From positions 1,997,370 through 2,061,369 of the forward strand of contig MU057744.1 in the NCBI GenBank assembly GCA_013265495.1: a stretch of 64,000 bases of DNA, read 5' to 3'. Source of the stretch: Vicugna vicugna. Taxonomy: Eukaryota. How positions within the stretch are numbered: the first letter of the stretch is position 1; each line of letters begins with the position of its first letter. The notes under the pieces were generated by a model, which was given only the letters and a program-made list of their open reading frames with translations, made no database searches and was not told the DNA's origin. Positions 14,120 through 27,645 of this stretch are shown piece by piece. The translations under genes and the position numbers were made by a program.

Positions 14120-14615
14120 GAGGAAAACTTTTCCCTTCTTCTCTTCTAGGTCCGTTGGCTGGTTAAATGGACATAAGACAGGTTCACAGGAGAAAAGCAT
14201 TTTGTACATACGAGAGCCCCACAAAGACATGAGAGGCTCCAGACGGTGAGGCCACTGAGGCTTAGAGGCCGTCCTGAGCTCAGGAGGAGAGAGTGGGGTC
14301 CGGGGCCCAGAGGGAAGGAAGACTGTGCACGGGAAGGTGAGAGGAGCGCGTGTGTGGGTGCCGGGTGGAGGCAGTGGGACACGGGGGGGCTCTGAACAGC
14401 AGGCTCTGCCCGGCCCCTCCCCGGCCTCCTCGTGCTGGTTATCTCTGGTGGTGGCGCTCTTCCTGGACCCGGTCTTCTGTCTAAACTCCTTTAGACGCTT
14501 AAAGGGGAGGCAGAAAGCTCTCCCTGAGTGTGTTGCCCTTGACTGTCTTCATCTCAGAGCCGTCCATGTGCCCCAGTGGCACGTTCTGGGGCGGCTGGTT
14601 CCGAACCTCCCAGCG
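14120..14615 (-). mobile_element. ERV1 (MER4-group-like) LTR remnant
   Basis: gacataagacaggttcacaggagaaaagca and atgtgccccagtggcacgttctggggcggc resemble MER4-group LTR ends; recognised by eye only. Confidence 0.45.
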
Positions 14616-17574
14616 TCATTTTACTGGGGGAGGAATCATTCGGCTGCAGCGTGGGAGTCCCCACTGCGGCTCAGGGAGGCGGCCGCATGCTCTGCGGGGT
14701 CTGAGTAACGTAGGTGTAGTCCGCTCCGCAAGACGTCAGAGGCCCCGCTCCCTGTCGCCCCACAGTGGAGCAGAGGCAGCTCACAGTGGAGGGGAGTCGA
14801 CGCTCTTCCAGGACGTCAGATCTGGTAGACGCAGGCCTGCTGTTTATGATGCCAGCACACGTGAGAGGTGAGCCAGTATGTGTCCAGCTGTCGCCTGGGT
14901 CTGTAGGCTCTTGTGGATGCTCCTGGCTTCGGAGCCCTGGGAGGGGACAGACGGAACCCACGGGGAGAAGCAGAGAAAGAGGCTGGTTCCGAAGGGCAGC
15001 TTCCCTCCGCTCGTGGGCTTTGGGCATCAGGGTTGGAGCAGGAGTGAAGGGGCAGAGCCGGCCATTTTAGAAACTGTCGCTGCGTCCCTGGTGGCCCGCA
15101 GTCGGAGGGGAGGACTCCTCAGTTCCCGTCTCGGGGGGGGGGGTGCCTTTTTCATTAGCGTTATTAATTCTCCCGGGAAATGTCACACAGATGACAAGCA
15201 CGCTGGGACTCCGCACTTCTCTGATTAAATTCAGGGCGGCCTGACTCAGAAATTGCAAACCCTTCAGAAGTTCTCAAATGTTCCGTCGCCAAGAACACCC
15301 TCCCGTCGTGTCTTCATTCCTTCACCTCCCCTCTCACAGACACCCCCCTTCCTATTCCCGCCGCCCCTCCCCCTTTTCTTCTTGGGAGCATCTCTGGACT
15401 CCACTCTGCAGGATGGACTTAGAGTCTCTGCCGCGTCTGAGGTTTTGCAGACGCACTGAGTGGTGCTTATTCCCTGGACGGGTGGACGGTATTTTTCACG
15501 TGCGGGAGACAGCTCGTTCTTACGCCCCACAGACACGCAGGTAAAAGTTGGACTGTAATGCGAATACTGTCTGCCTGGCTGGAAGAGCCTGTCCGTGAAA
15601 ATTGTACTTTTTTCACTATCTTGCTTTGCCGGAGAGATGTCCCTGTTTTAAGTCCCCATTCCCGGAGTGCCTGTATCAACGCGTACCCCCTTCCCTCCTT
15701 GTTTGAAAGGCCTTTGAGGGCCGGCCGTCAGCGTGGTCACTACCTCGTTTTCCCCAGACATAGTGAAAGAGAACTTTTAAAGCAAATATTTATTACATTT
15801 ACCCGAGCGTTGAATTCATGTACACTCGACACGGACACGGGTTGGGCAGTTAGGCATTCCCTCGATTATTTCTGCGTCTGCGTGTTGTGAAGAGGGTGAC
15901 CTCCGTGTCACGTGGTTGATGACACCTCTGCCCACGACGCTGAAGCGCCTGACAGGAGTGGGGAGAGGAGTGTCTCAGTCCTGATACAAACGCATGGATG
16001 GCCTGGGGTTTTAGGAGCCGTAAATGTTAGTAGCACGGACTTCTTAGCAGGACAAGGTCCGAACCTGTCACATCATCTAGAATTCTGTCAGAATATTTAA
16101 TCGTGTGGCCAGACTACTAAACAGGTAGCTAAGTAAGTCCTTAAAGTTGCGTGTTCCCCGAATCACAGGGTGCCGGCAACGTCCCAGCTCTGCACAGGAG
16201 CAGAGAGCAGTGGTGACGCCTTCCTCGTGCAGATGGCGCGGGAGGGCTTCTGGAACATTGGCGCCGCGTTCCGGTGAAGCAGTCCAGGAGGGTTAAATGG
16301 CTCGGAAGAAGCCACAGCGCTGCTCAGTGGGGGGCTGGAGCTTTCTCTAAGAAGTCAGGTTTCTCTCTCATCTTTTTCCTATTATGGCCAGAATGGTTTG
16401 ACACCTAACAGGTTCCATACGACCTGGCAAAATGAAACAGGGAGGCAGAGAGTGACCGAACTTCAGATGAAAGATGATCTGCTTCTGGGATACGAGGAGT
16501 TCCGGAAGTGATTCTCAAATGAGTAGCTGGCTCCGAAAATGCGCCACGGAGCACCGCTGTTTCGGAATGAAGGGACCAGCTGCCAGTGTTAGTCCCGGAG
16601 TCGGGAGGGCGTCATCCTGGTGCCGTATCTCGGGACCTGCCTGACTTGTGGAGCGCTGGCCTGTCCAGTGGTGCTGTAACCGTCCGTGAGGGAGAGCCAG
16701 TTCCCGTGTTAAACTCGTCGTGGCGAATGTAATCTGAGTCCCTGCTTTCTCCTCTCAGACTTGGGGTGTCATCAGCTGAGGCAGGGCTGCAGGGGACGTC
16801 CACAGGGTCCTGGTGCTATAGGGGCAAAGCAGTGTCGCTCTGCCTTCTTTGCCCCCAGCCCGCACCCCCGTGCTGGCTTCAGTTCCTCCCGCACGTCGTT
16901 CAGTTTCTGTGCGTTTCTTCCAAGAAGTCTGACAGTGATGAACGTGGACTCTGTTCCCCTTAAGCACCACTGAGCAGGCCTTGGAATTCTGTGCGTAGAA
17001 AGAATTTACCTTTTATGGCCTGGTTAGCACCACTGAGTGTTGTGAAGTGCGGTGCTCCTAACATGAGCAGTGGTCTGTCGACAGAGCGGGAACTCCAGGG
17101 TTAATAATTTTTTAAAAGCCCACCAAACCTGAAGGTTATGGCACATTGTAATTTGAATTGCAGTTTGAACCTAATGTTCAAAAATGTATTAAAACTAGGG
17201 AGGCCTAATATTTTATATGCAAAATCAGAAGTACACAATATAGTAAGTATGTCTTATACGTAACTATATACAGTACATTATGTACTGTACAAACTTAGTA
17301 TATGGTATGTACTATAAGTAAATTATAAATAAGTATATATATAAATATATTATGTAAGTCCTCCCTCAGAATTTATAATTCTTCCCCAAACTCTGCATTC
17401 CTAATGCTTTAATTCTTTTCCAGTAACACTTTAAATCATTTTCTTGAGTTCCAAAAAATTCCCGTTGGTGTTTTGGTTATAATTTTGTTAAATTATCGAC
17501 TGATCTATTGAAAATCGACATCTTGATAGTCTGTTGACTGAGAAACACGTCAAATGGCTAGTGGAACTCAGTAC

Positions 17575-17973
17575 TTTCTGTGACAAAGAGCCAGCAGCAG
17601 AGTGGCCTCAGCAGAAATGGGTGGTCTCAGTTCTAGAGGCTAGAAGTCGGAGGTCACCCCTCCCCTTGAAGCTGTGAGGGGACTCTGCCCCAGGCCTCTC
17701 CCCTGGCTCCCACTGGCTTGCCGGTGGTCTTCAGAGACCCTTCACTGCAGCCGCGCGACTCTGACCTGTACGTGGCACTGTCCCTGGTGTGTCTGCCCAT
17801 GGTGCCCTTGCATCAGGACAGCAGTCATACTGGACTAGGGCCGCCCCGGTGACCTCATTTTACCTCACTGACCACTGTGAAGCGCCTCTCCAAGGACCCT
17901 CCCCACCTCTGAGGTCCTGGGGGCCTGGCACCAGCTTATCTCTTGTTGGAAGGACACAGCTTAACCCCTAACA
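17575..17973. mobile_element. MLT1 (MaLR) LTR
   Basis: ctcagttctagaggctagaagtc...aggacagcagtcatactggactagggc...gaggtcctggggg...ggacacagcttaacccctaaca. Confidence 0.75.
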
Positions 17974-18779
17974 GTTCTGAAGCAATGGTTTTGAATCTTT
18001 TCCTTTATAGATCAGCCTTTCTTAAACTGATGCTAAGATCTAATCTTTGGTGTCAGTGAATTCTCCATAAGAATTTAAATTTTTAGTATTTCATGTCAAA
18101 ACCAATATACACCTGTTATTTAAGCTAATGCTGGTTAATTTCTCTTCCTTGAACCACTACCACCCCCCCTTGTCTAAGTTAACAACATGTTGCTGGGAGT
18201 CTGGGGGAGCCCTAGGTGGTTAGTGTCCGGTGGGAGGAGAAGCCAGCGAGGACAGATGCGGAGAGGAGGTGGGGGTGGGAGGAGCGCGCCCTGCGGGTGT
18301 GCGGAGGCCGGTCAGCTGAGTAAGCCCGGCAGGAGCACGCGCGGAACCTACCGGGAGAGGAGCCCCGCCAGAGCTTTCTTCAGGCCGAAGGCAGGAAAGC
18401 GGCGAGTCAGAAGGGGGCTCTGGGGAGATCCGAAGCGTGACACGAGCTGGCACCGCTGTTGCTGGCCTTAAACCCGGAGGAGAGGAGGCACGGCACAGAC
18501 TCCAGAGGCCGAGGATGACCCTGGCTGGGGCCAGCAAGGGAGCAGGATGCCGGACCCACAGCCGCACGGGGCCAGATCCTGCCAGCGACCCGCTGCGCCT
18601 GGCGTGGACTGCCTGCCTGGAGGGGACACAGCCCTGCCTCTACCTCGTGCAGCCCAAGCAGAGACTCCACTGAGTCCCATGGGGCCCAGCCCTCCGCCCT
18701 GCAGAGCGGGAGGTAGTGGGTGAGTGCTGCCTCCAGAAGCCAGATCCCTGGTCACCTGTGACGAGAGGAGCAGGACACG

Positions 18780-19340
18780 AACCAGCAGAGACGCAGTGAC
18801 AGCGAGGGACGGGTTCACAGAGGTTCACACCGCGGGAGGGAGTGTGAACTTGGAGACATGGCAGCAAAGTCCCCGAGTAAGCACAGAGAGGACAGCAGAC
18901 GGCAGAGGGGGACTTCCTTTTAAAAACAAACAAAGCAGAAAAGATACACCGTCATCTCTACAGATACAGAAGGCGTTTAACAAAATCCAGCCCCGTTCAC
19001 GATAAGCACACGACACACAAGCAACAGAGGAATTTCCTCAGCCTGATAACAGCGTCTCCAAGAAATACCCCTACCGACGTCATCATTGATGGGGGAGGAC
19101 AGAGCATCCCCCACCGCCGACGGCGGGGGCGACAGACGCCGCTCCCCCGCTTCTGTTCAGCTTCGTACCAGAGGCCACGGCAGGGAAACCAGGCGAGAAG
19201 AGGAGATGAAAGGCCACCAGGTTGAGCAGGAAGGAGCAAGGCCGTCCCCGCTCACGGCGGCCAGGCCTGCGGAGCGTGGGTTCTGCCCACACGCACGTCT
19301 GTGTCTGTGGCTCTGGTTCTGCGTGCGAAACCATGCATTT
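18780..19340 (+). mobile_element. Ancient L1 ORF2 (reverse transcriptase region) remnant, GC-shifted
   Basis: gatacagaaggcgtttaacaaaatccagccccgttcacgataag follows the DAEKAFDKIQHPF motif; downstream sequence follows RQGCPLSPLLF and RQEKEIKG motifs. Confidence 0.7.
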
Positions 19341-19879
19341 ACACAGGCGTCTCCAACTCCAGCTCAGCCCCGCAGACTTCATCCTGGTATGTCCCCTTCC
19401 AGCTTTGTAACTCCTTCCCCCGTGGTTAGAAGCCCGGATCCCTGTCCCCTGGGGAAGTTTGCTCACTGGATCCGCGTCCCATCCATGTAACCAAACTGCC
19501 TTTGCTACGGTCGCGCCCAACGTGGTTGCTCAGGCTCTGGGGTCCCCACTGGACTGCTCTTGGCTACACGGCCACCCATGTCTGGTCAGTCTTGCCACCA
19601 GCTCGGTCACCTTCCTCCACCTGGACACCCTCCTCGTCCCTTGGCTGCCCTCGCTGGGCTGCCCCACCGTGCTCTTGGTCCCTTTACCCAGAGCTGTGCC
19701 CCTCGGTCCTCTGGGACTCCTACCCCCACACCCGGCTGGGCCGTCACCCCACCTCACCCAGGCGCCCCTCCTCTGGTCTTGATGCTGAATTACTGCGGAA
19801 GGAAGAGATCTTTGTCCTCGTACGATTTCTTACTGTCTTGCTAATCCATCAAGAGATTTAATACGTTGATTTCCTGTGT

Positions 19880-20400
19880 GGTGACATCTGCTAAAAGTGG
19901 TCCTTGCATACCACGTGAGCCAGAAACCCCACTGCTACCCAGCTGTACACATGTGCTCCCAAAAATATGCACCACAGTCTTCGTAAAGGCGTCGTCCGCA
20001 GTAGCTAAACCCTGTAGGAAATTGTCCTTCAACAATTCAGTAAACAGACAAGTTCTATATTTATCTACCACATTAACACGATGAAATACTACACACCAAT
20101 CAACGGAACGAACTGCCACACGTGCAGCAGTATGGGTGAGTCTCACAGTTGAGTGAATGACGTCAGATCCAAAAACAATAAATATTGCGTCACAACCATC
20201 AGGCAAAAGTAACCTACAGTTTTAAAGTCAACTTGAGGGAGGAGGAGGGGGTTTGTGGCCAAGAAGGGGCACAAGCCGGCTTCTGAAATGCACATGGGGT
20301 AACATTTGCAGATCTGGGCGCTTGCTCTGTTCACTTTCTGCTGTTCAACGATGTAACTATTGGCACACTTTCCTCTGTGCATGTTGTTCTCTAGTGAAAA
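19880..20400 (+). mobile_element. Old L1 (L1M-type) 3' end
   Basis: atgaaatactacacaccaatcaacggaacgaactgcc...tatgggtgagtctcaca...cactttcctctgtgcatgtt. Confidence 0.6.
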
Positions 20401-22399
20401 TCGGGTTTATTTAAACCAAAGTTGGTTTTTATATCTTACTTAGCATTTTTATGTGTTTCCCACTGGGGAGCATGCTGAAGATAGCTGCCCTGCAAGAGAC
20501 GGAGTCCTGCCTCGCTGAACTTTGTGTGGGTTTTTAGACATCACTCTACTGAAGCACTTTTAAAAAAAGCGAATCTCTTCTGTTTGTTTTGTTGGATGGC
20601 ATCTCCTGAAAGGCAGCACTGCTGACTTCCGCCTTTACTTCCGCCTAGATGATTCTCAGTGTGTTACGGCTGTTCAGTGTTTGTTAAATGAATGAACTCA
20701 TGGCTTTTGCCAATTGAGTCTGTGCTGGCGTGGAACTGTAAGCTCCACCTTTCTGAAGATGCGTTTTGTTTGACTTTGGTCCTCTGACTTTCCTGTGTAG
20801 CACCCAGTTGGATGGGCCTTGTTGTCCAGACCTGGCTAAGGTTCTGTCGGGCTCCATCACACTGAGATTGTTTGAGTCGGTTGTTTGAGTCATGCCAGTG
20901 AAACCTTGCAGCCTGATGAATGCCACCGGAGCAGGCAAGGTATAACCAGAGCCAGGAACAGGCGGTCGAACAGAGCTAAGGACGTGCAGCTTCTGTGTCA
21001 GCACCGACTTTCAGGCTGGAGGTCCCCGGGGGGGGTTCCTCGCAGAGGGAACGGGGGGCAGCGGGAAGGCACTCTTGCAAGGCGTCCGCATTAGCACTGA
21101 GTGTTCTGCTCCTGATACAAGTATTACATAATCATGTTGCACCAGGTTGAGACAACTCGACCGTTAGATTGAAGGAGAAACGTAAACGAATGTGGGGCAG
21201 CTTTCTCCTCGCTACGGTGAGAACGGCACGCACCACCGTGTTGCACAAGTTTGATTTTATTCTTTCTCAGTGCATATTTTGAAACTTCTAAAGGGGCTGC
21301 AGTTTTGTCTCCTGTAAGCATGATTTCCCTTCCTTTCCTCCTTCCTTCCTTCCTGTCCTTCTTTCTTTGGCTCTTAAAACAACACTGCAACGTCTGCCTC
21401 GTCACCGAATACTTTGGGGTTTATTTGTAAGGATGGGGTTTTTGCAGCTACTTCACTTCATGTACGTTTTTTTCAAGTTTTTTTTTTTTTAGCCTGTCTT
21501 GAATTTAGGGACTAGTTTTTGGTTTGGAAAATGAGGGAAGGGCTTCTCCTCTGCCCGCAGGTATTCGGGTTGTGTTGGTAGACGCCCCATCAGGGGAGAG
21601 CCCCAGAGAAAGGGTTACTTGTCTGGGTGGTGCCGTCGGTTGTTCACGGGGCACAGGGGGGCTTCCTGGTCTGCCTGGCGCTTGGCATAGAGCAGGCCCT
21701 TAAGCACCAGGCATCTGGTGGCCCAGGTGGGAGCCTGGGCACCACCGCTTCATCCGTTCATCCAGTCGCTCACCATTCACTCGGCGGGTGGTCACTGATG
21801 CCTCTACTCGCCAGACATGAGGTGAGAAGGGACCGTGAACACAGGGAACAAGACCGGGTCGGGCACATCTCCCGACCCTTCTCGTGTCCGTTTTCCTCCT
21901 CTGTGGAGTGAGGATCACGATGTGCTGCCTCGCCGCCTTGTCAGGGGACTTAAATGGGACGCAGCCCTGCCTGACCCTGTCTCAGCAGCGCTCGGCAAAC
22001 GTTGGTCTTCGTCACATTTGTTAGTGCTCTGTACTCAGGCTTCAAGCTCGTGGTGAACCAAATGCTTTCAGTTACCCTCAGTATTTTTAGTTATTTCAGT
22101 AGTTTTAAACACGGCGGAATTTAATTGTGGTGAGGGCTTCTGATGACATTTTAGCAGCCTTCACACTGGGGTTGTAATAAACTGGGGACGCCTGCTCTGT
22201 CACTGAAGAGAGAGTTTCCGGTCATTTCTGTTCATGTATCATTTCATTGACTTCCTGGCCGCGACGACCTCTAAGCGTTTCTCGTGTGCTCTCTGACTGG
22301 AATTTGTCTTCTGTGTCCTTTGCCTTTGCCTTCCCCCTAATTTTCCCAAGTCAGTCCTGAAGCATTTTCTATTCTTTTAATTTATTTTTGAGTCCCCTT

Positions 22400-23700
22400 A
22401 GTGCGGATTTCGAGAAGGAAGTTGACCGCGTTTGCAAGCACACGGGCGGACCGGTTGCCTGCGGACCCGGCCCAGGGCGTTGCTCTCCCCGCCGCCCTCT
22501 CCCTCCCGTCTCTCTGTTACTGTCCGGCTCAGCCTGAACGTTCGCAGTGTCTTCGGTTCCGGAACGGCCAAGGTTCAACGTCTCAGCCACCGTTGGAGCA
22601 GGAGTGTCAGATCACGGCTGTCTGTTCTTACCTGTAACCACTTTTGTTGAGTTGCGGCCAAACATGCCGCAGCGCCCTGCACGCCCGCGTGCCTCTGGCC
22701 TGCCTTCCTCGCGACCTGCCGCAGGCGGCCTCTGGAGACACTTGGCGGGCGACCTTTGTTTCCGACGCCGGCGTCTGTCTGCCCGTCTCTCCGCGCGGCA
22801 GCTCCTGCCCCTGCTTCCCGCCCCGTGGGGGCGTGGCCCGCGGGCGGCCCCTCGCGCTCTGTCCTCCCCACCCCCCACCCCCCCCCCCCCNNNNNNNNNN
22901 NNNNNNNNNNNNNNNNNNNNNNNNNNNNNNNNNNNNNNNNNNNNNNNNNNNNNNNNNNNNNNNNNNNNNNNNNNNNNNNNNNNNNNNNNNNNNNNNNNNN
23001 NNNNNNNNNNNNNNNNNNNNNNNNNNNNNNNNNNNNNNNNNNNNNNNNNNNNNNNNNNNNNNNNNNNNNNNNNNNNNNNNNNNNNNNNNNNNNNNNNNNN
23101 NNNNNNNNNNNNNNNNNNNNNNNNNNNNNNNNNNNNNNNNNNNNNNNNNNNNNNNNNNNNNNNNNNNNNNNNNNNNNNNNNNNNNNGCCGTCCCGGGACA
23201 GCGCGCTCCGCGGACGCCTGCTGCCGTGGCCGCGGCCCCGCCGGTGCTGCGCGTGGCGCCCGGGGTCCGGCTCGGCCCAAAGCCCGCCGTCCTGGGTTGG
23301 AAAAGGCAGAGACGGACACACAGGCCCGTCCTCCTCCGGCGGCTGCGACGCACTTGGGCGTTTCCGTGGCGGTGGTGAAGGCGTCAGAGCCTCTCCCGGC
23401 GGACAGGCTGCCCTGCCGTCGCAGTGCGCAGCTTCCCCTCGAGAGCAGCCGCAGGTGCTGACCAGATGGTCCCGCTGGTTCTTTTTTGGCCGGAAAATAA
23501 GACTAAGGGCGGGAGAGGCAAGCAAGGCCCGGGCGCAGCCCCTTGTCCCCTCGTTTCCCTGGAGCTGCTGGCGCGCGGCTCAGGCTCGGGCCGCGCGGTG
23601 AGGTCGCCCTGGCACACCCGACGGGGGGGCCCGCTTGCACGGCGCTGGTCTCACAGCCTCGAGTCTGCCCGCGGCCTTCCGACAGGGACGAATTAGCCCC
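22400..23700. other. Intergenic CpG island
   Basis: Very high GC and dense CpG on both sides of the gap; no exon recognised. Confidence 0.7.
22891..23186. other. Assembly gap (296 N)
   Basis: Run of N preceded by a poly-C tract, inside GC-rich sequence. Confidence 1.
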
Positions 23701-25979
23701 CCAGCCCCACCTGCTCCCCATGTGTGTGTGTGGGGGGGTCTTCTCACCAGTCCCAGGGCACTGACGTGACCACAGCCCCGGAAACAGCCTCTGCCCGTTG
23801 AGAACTGACTGCTGGTGGGGTGGTTCCCCGGGGGACTGGAGGGACGCTGGGTGTCCCCCTGCCTGTGGCATCTCCCCGGCCTCCGTTGGAGAGGCTAGGT
23901 GGTCCAGCAAGGCGGACGAGACGGCACAGGACCTCTCTGCCCCCGCGGTCGCTACACTTCCTCCCCACCAGGGCTTCCACCGTCCGGAGGCCGGCGCTGT
24001 CCAGCCGAGCTGTCTGCAAAGTGGGCACGGCCCGCAGCGTGCAGCTCAGCACAGTAGCCACTGGTCACACGCGCCCACTGAGAACTGGAAACCTGGCCAG
24101 CAGTGCAAATGAGGAACCAGATTTTTAATGTTATTTGCTTTCAGTTAATTTGACTTTAAATGCTGCACGTGGCCGGTGGCTACCGTGTGAGACAGCCCAG
24201 GCTACCAGCACCCCAGCTAGCCCACGCCCAGGGAAGCTGCCCACAGTTCCAGGCCGAGTCTATGTCACGTGACCCTGCCTGTTCACCGCAGCTGACGGAC
24301 CGGCTGTGGTTACCGGCCCTGAGGACAGCCAGTCATGGCAGCCCCTCCGTCCTCTTTCCCTCCTCGAGTTTGGAGCTGGGACGTGGAAAGGGGGCTGGCC
24401 ATGGGGACGGAGCATGAAGTTCACCAAGTCACCTCAGGGTCCAGCGGCCATTGCGAGTCACGTGCAGGCTGACTCTGTGGGAGAACAGGGCTCCTGTGCA
24501 GCTCGGCCAGGAGAGCAGGCTTGGGGGTGCCGAGGCGGCCCTGCGCTGGGGAGGGAGACGCTGTGAGGAGGGCACGCAGCTCCCCGGCCCGGCTTCCTCT
24601 CTGCGGCAGGGCTGCGTCTCGGCCTGTGACCCTGGCTCCTCAGGACATTCCCCCCTTGTCCCTTCCTTCCCGGTAATAAGCTCCTCACACCAGCCAGCGT
24701 GCACACAGCTCTGCTCCCTGTCACCCAAGCCACCTGTAGTAACATCGTGACAGTTCTAGGACAAGTTACAAGACACATCACGGAGACAGACACCTCCTGC
24801 AGCACAGCAGCCAGTGCAGGATCCCCGAGCTGGGAGGGAAACGAGGGGCACGAGGTTCAGTCTTACTCTGAAGAGGTGCTACTCTCTGCGGTCACGCGGC
24901 TGCTTTGACCTCAGACAAATGCAGAGAAAATTTTGTGTTAAGTTTCTTCCTGGAAGTTTATAAAAAAATAACCAACCAAACCAAAACAAACAAAACCCCT
25001 GCCCCTGGCGCCGAGTGGGAGCAGAACCACAGCGGTGTGCGTACACCGTGCTGAGCCTGCTCTGACTTTTCGGGCCTTGCTTGTTCCCTCAGCAGCTGTG
25101 ACCCGCGTTTCCTGGGAGCTGGCCTGGGCGTGAAGGGGGGGACTCTGTGCATAAAGTGTCGTCCTCCACCCGAGAGATTCTGAGGCCACGGGGTGTTTTC
25201 AGAGGGTGCCCTCCCACCTTCCCAGGTGCTGTCTCCTGCTTCCCCCACTGCCTGGCCTGCACCTGTGCAGCGACCGCCTTGACCTCTGGGCCGAGGCCAC
25301 TGTCCTGTCCTGTCCCCAGCAGAGTGCTGGCCTCTCCGCGGTTGTAGTCCTGGATGAAATAAAACCACGTGTGATCAGGGCCTCCTGGGGCCAGGCCAGG
25401 CCAGGGCTCCCTTTCCGGGATCCCTGGTGCTTCTGCCTGGAGCCCCGGGGGCGCAGGGTCGGACTCTGACAGGCCGGCAGACCCGGGGCACCAGGGGAGC
25501 CTGGTGCTCTGCATCATTAAGCGCACCTGCCTTTTACCAAACGAAAGACGACATTTACGACGCTGGCCTAAAAGCCTTTACAGTCTGGAGTTGAGCACAT
25601 TCCAGCGGTACCGTAAACCAGTCTAGAGCGTGGTTCTAACAGGAAGGCATTAGAATGGGTTTCCTCCGTGAGTCAGCCCAACGTGGGTTCCTAAACAAAC
25701 AGATGACGAGAAGCTTCTCCCCTCCCGCCTCCCGCCACCGTGATCGGTATTTTTGCTTCTGTATTTATCTCTTTATTCATTTATGCTGCACTTGTCCAGT
25801 GAGTCAGGAGGTTTTCTGAGGGCGCTCCGGGGGTTGGAAGACGCAGCAGAGGAGCCCGATTTATGCCACTGCTGGCTGAGGGTGGGGAGCACGCTCAGGC
25901 TCAGCACAGGCCTCCCCGCACGGCCGCTGTGCACTCAGGACACACCCCTGTCCTCCCCTTAACTGCCTGGAAGAGCTCA

Positions 25980-27520
25980 AATTGAGGACTTTTCCCAGAA
26001 AGAGTTATCACCGGAGATGAGTGTCACCCAAGTGGCCGCAATTACAGGGCAGGACGGACGTCTGATGAGCAAACGCCTGCCTTCTGAGGCAGGAGGAACA
26101 ACGGGGCGTGAGAGGACGGCCACGCCCCAGGTCCCAGGCCAGCACCCCGGACGCGCCCCGCCAGCTGAGGGTCCTCAGCTTCACGCGGGAAAGAATTCAG
26201 TGAGCCACGGCGGAGTGAAGGGAGATGTATTCAGAGAGACGCACACTCCATGGACAGAGTGCGGGCTGTTTCAGAAGGAAGAGAAAGGCCGTGAGGTGGT
26301 GGTGGTGGTGGTTTTTCTGGGTTGGTAACTTCGTATGCTATCAAGTGGGAGGACTCCCCACTCCTTCGGGGCAGGGGCTGGGATCCCTGGGCACTGGGCC
26401 GTCACCCGCTTTTTGACCTTCTGCGGGCAGCCTCGGCGCTGTCGTGGCGCCTGTGGGAGGCCGTTTAGCAGCTGCTGCGTCCAGTGGGCGTGAGACGAAG
26501 GTCTGCTGGGAGCTGACGCTTCTGCCGTCTGGGTGCCCGTTGCTGTCACCCTTTAATGGCCGTGCCCGCCCCTTCCCGCCCAGCTCACTTCTTCTCGTCC
26601 TGTGAATGACCGCGCTGTCCTTGGAGACCCCGGGTCCCCGCCCCATTTCTTGGCTCAAGGTGTCACACGCGTCTCACTTTACCTTTCTGTCTCTGAACCG
26701 CTCCCACATGCAGGGCTCCAGTCCTTCCGAACTTAAATTTGATTTTCTCCTGGTAATCTGCCTCCTGTCAGTTTAATTCTCAGCTCAGCCAGATACAGAT
26801 TTCTCCCTGACGGCGTTAATGCCAAGACACATCATTTGTGTGTAATTTTGGTTAAAGGCTGCGCGGGACCCTCGGGGAGCAGGACCGCCGGTGGCGGGCG
26901 TTCTCCCTGTGGCAGCCCTCAGCCGTCAGTATGCACCTGTGCGGGGCCGCTGTGCTGGGAGGCAGAGAGCAGGCTGGCAGCACTGGTTCCCCCCGGGCAG
27001 CTGCCTGCCTGTGGGGAGGAGGCCCAGGGCAGGGCCAAGCGCCGTGAGGGACGCTGGTTGACATTCACCCGCCCAGTTGTTACGTGTCTGCTGATGACCT
27101 GGCACCGATCAGACCTGCGCCAGGGCTGGAGCAGGCGGCAGGGACGGTCAGAGGACCTCTGACCCGACTCTTGTCAGACTGCCATCCTGTCTGGGAGGCG
27201 TTTAGCATAACTGAGGCACATTTGAATTTTTAAAGGGCTTATTTGAATAAAATCTGACTCAGTGGGCAATTCCAGTGCAGGTGCTGGCGGGAGCTGAGGC
27301 GAGGCTTTTACTGAGAAGACGCAGAAGGAAAGCGAGGACATGATTCGACTGGCTCCAGCCTCCGTGGTCGCCCTGCGGTCTGGGAAGGCCTGGTTGGCTG
27401 TGGGTGACTGGCTACCCCCGAGACACTTACAGGCTGAAATTTGGGTTTGCTTACGTGTGTTGCCAGGACGTTGGAACCGCCTCAGCCTGTCGGCCTCCTC
27501 GTTTGCTCACCTTAACAGTT
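25980..27520. mobile_element. Cluster of nested or adjacent ERV LTR fragments
   Basis: LTR-like segments at about 26190-26660, 26690-26810 (reverse-complement similarity to 14150-14200) and 27210-27517 (ends ttaaca). Family assignment uncertain. Confidence 0.45.
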
Positions 27521-27645
27521 GAGGGGAGGGCGCAGCTCGGGGTGGAGCGCGTGCTCAGCGTGCACGAGGGCCTGGGTTCCATCCCCAGCACCTCCATTAG
27601 GTACATACATACCTGGTTACCCCGCCCCCCCCGTTTTTTTTTTAA
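27521..27645 (+). mobile_element. tRNA-derived SINE (Vic-1-like)
   Basis: ggggagggcgcagctcggggtggagcgcgtgctcagcgtgcacgagggcctgggttccatccccagcacctccatt. Confidence 0.85.

Noticed and set aside
22547..23601. Six long ORFs (235-316 aa) in all frames
   Set aside because: They are open only because they cross the 296-N gap and stop-poor GC-rich DNA; no recognisable protein.
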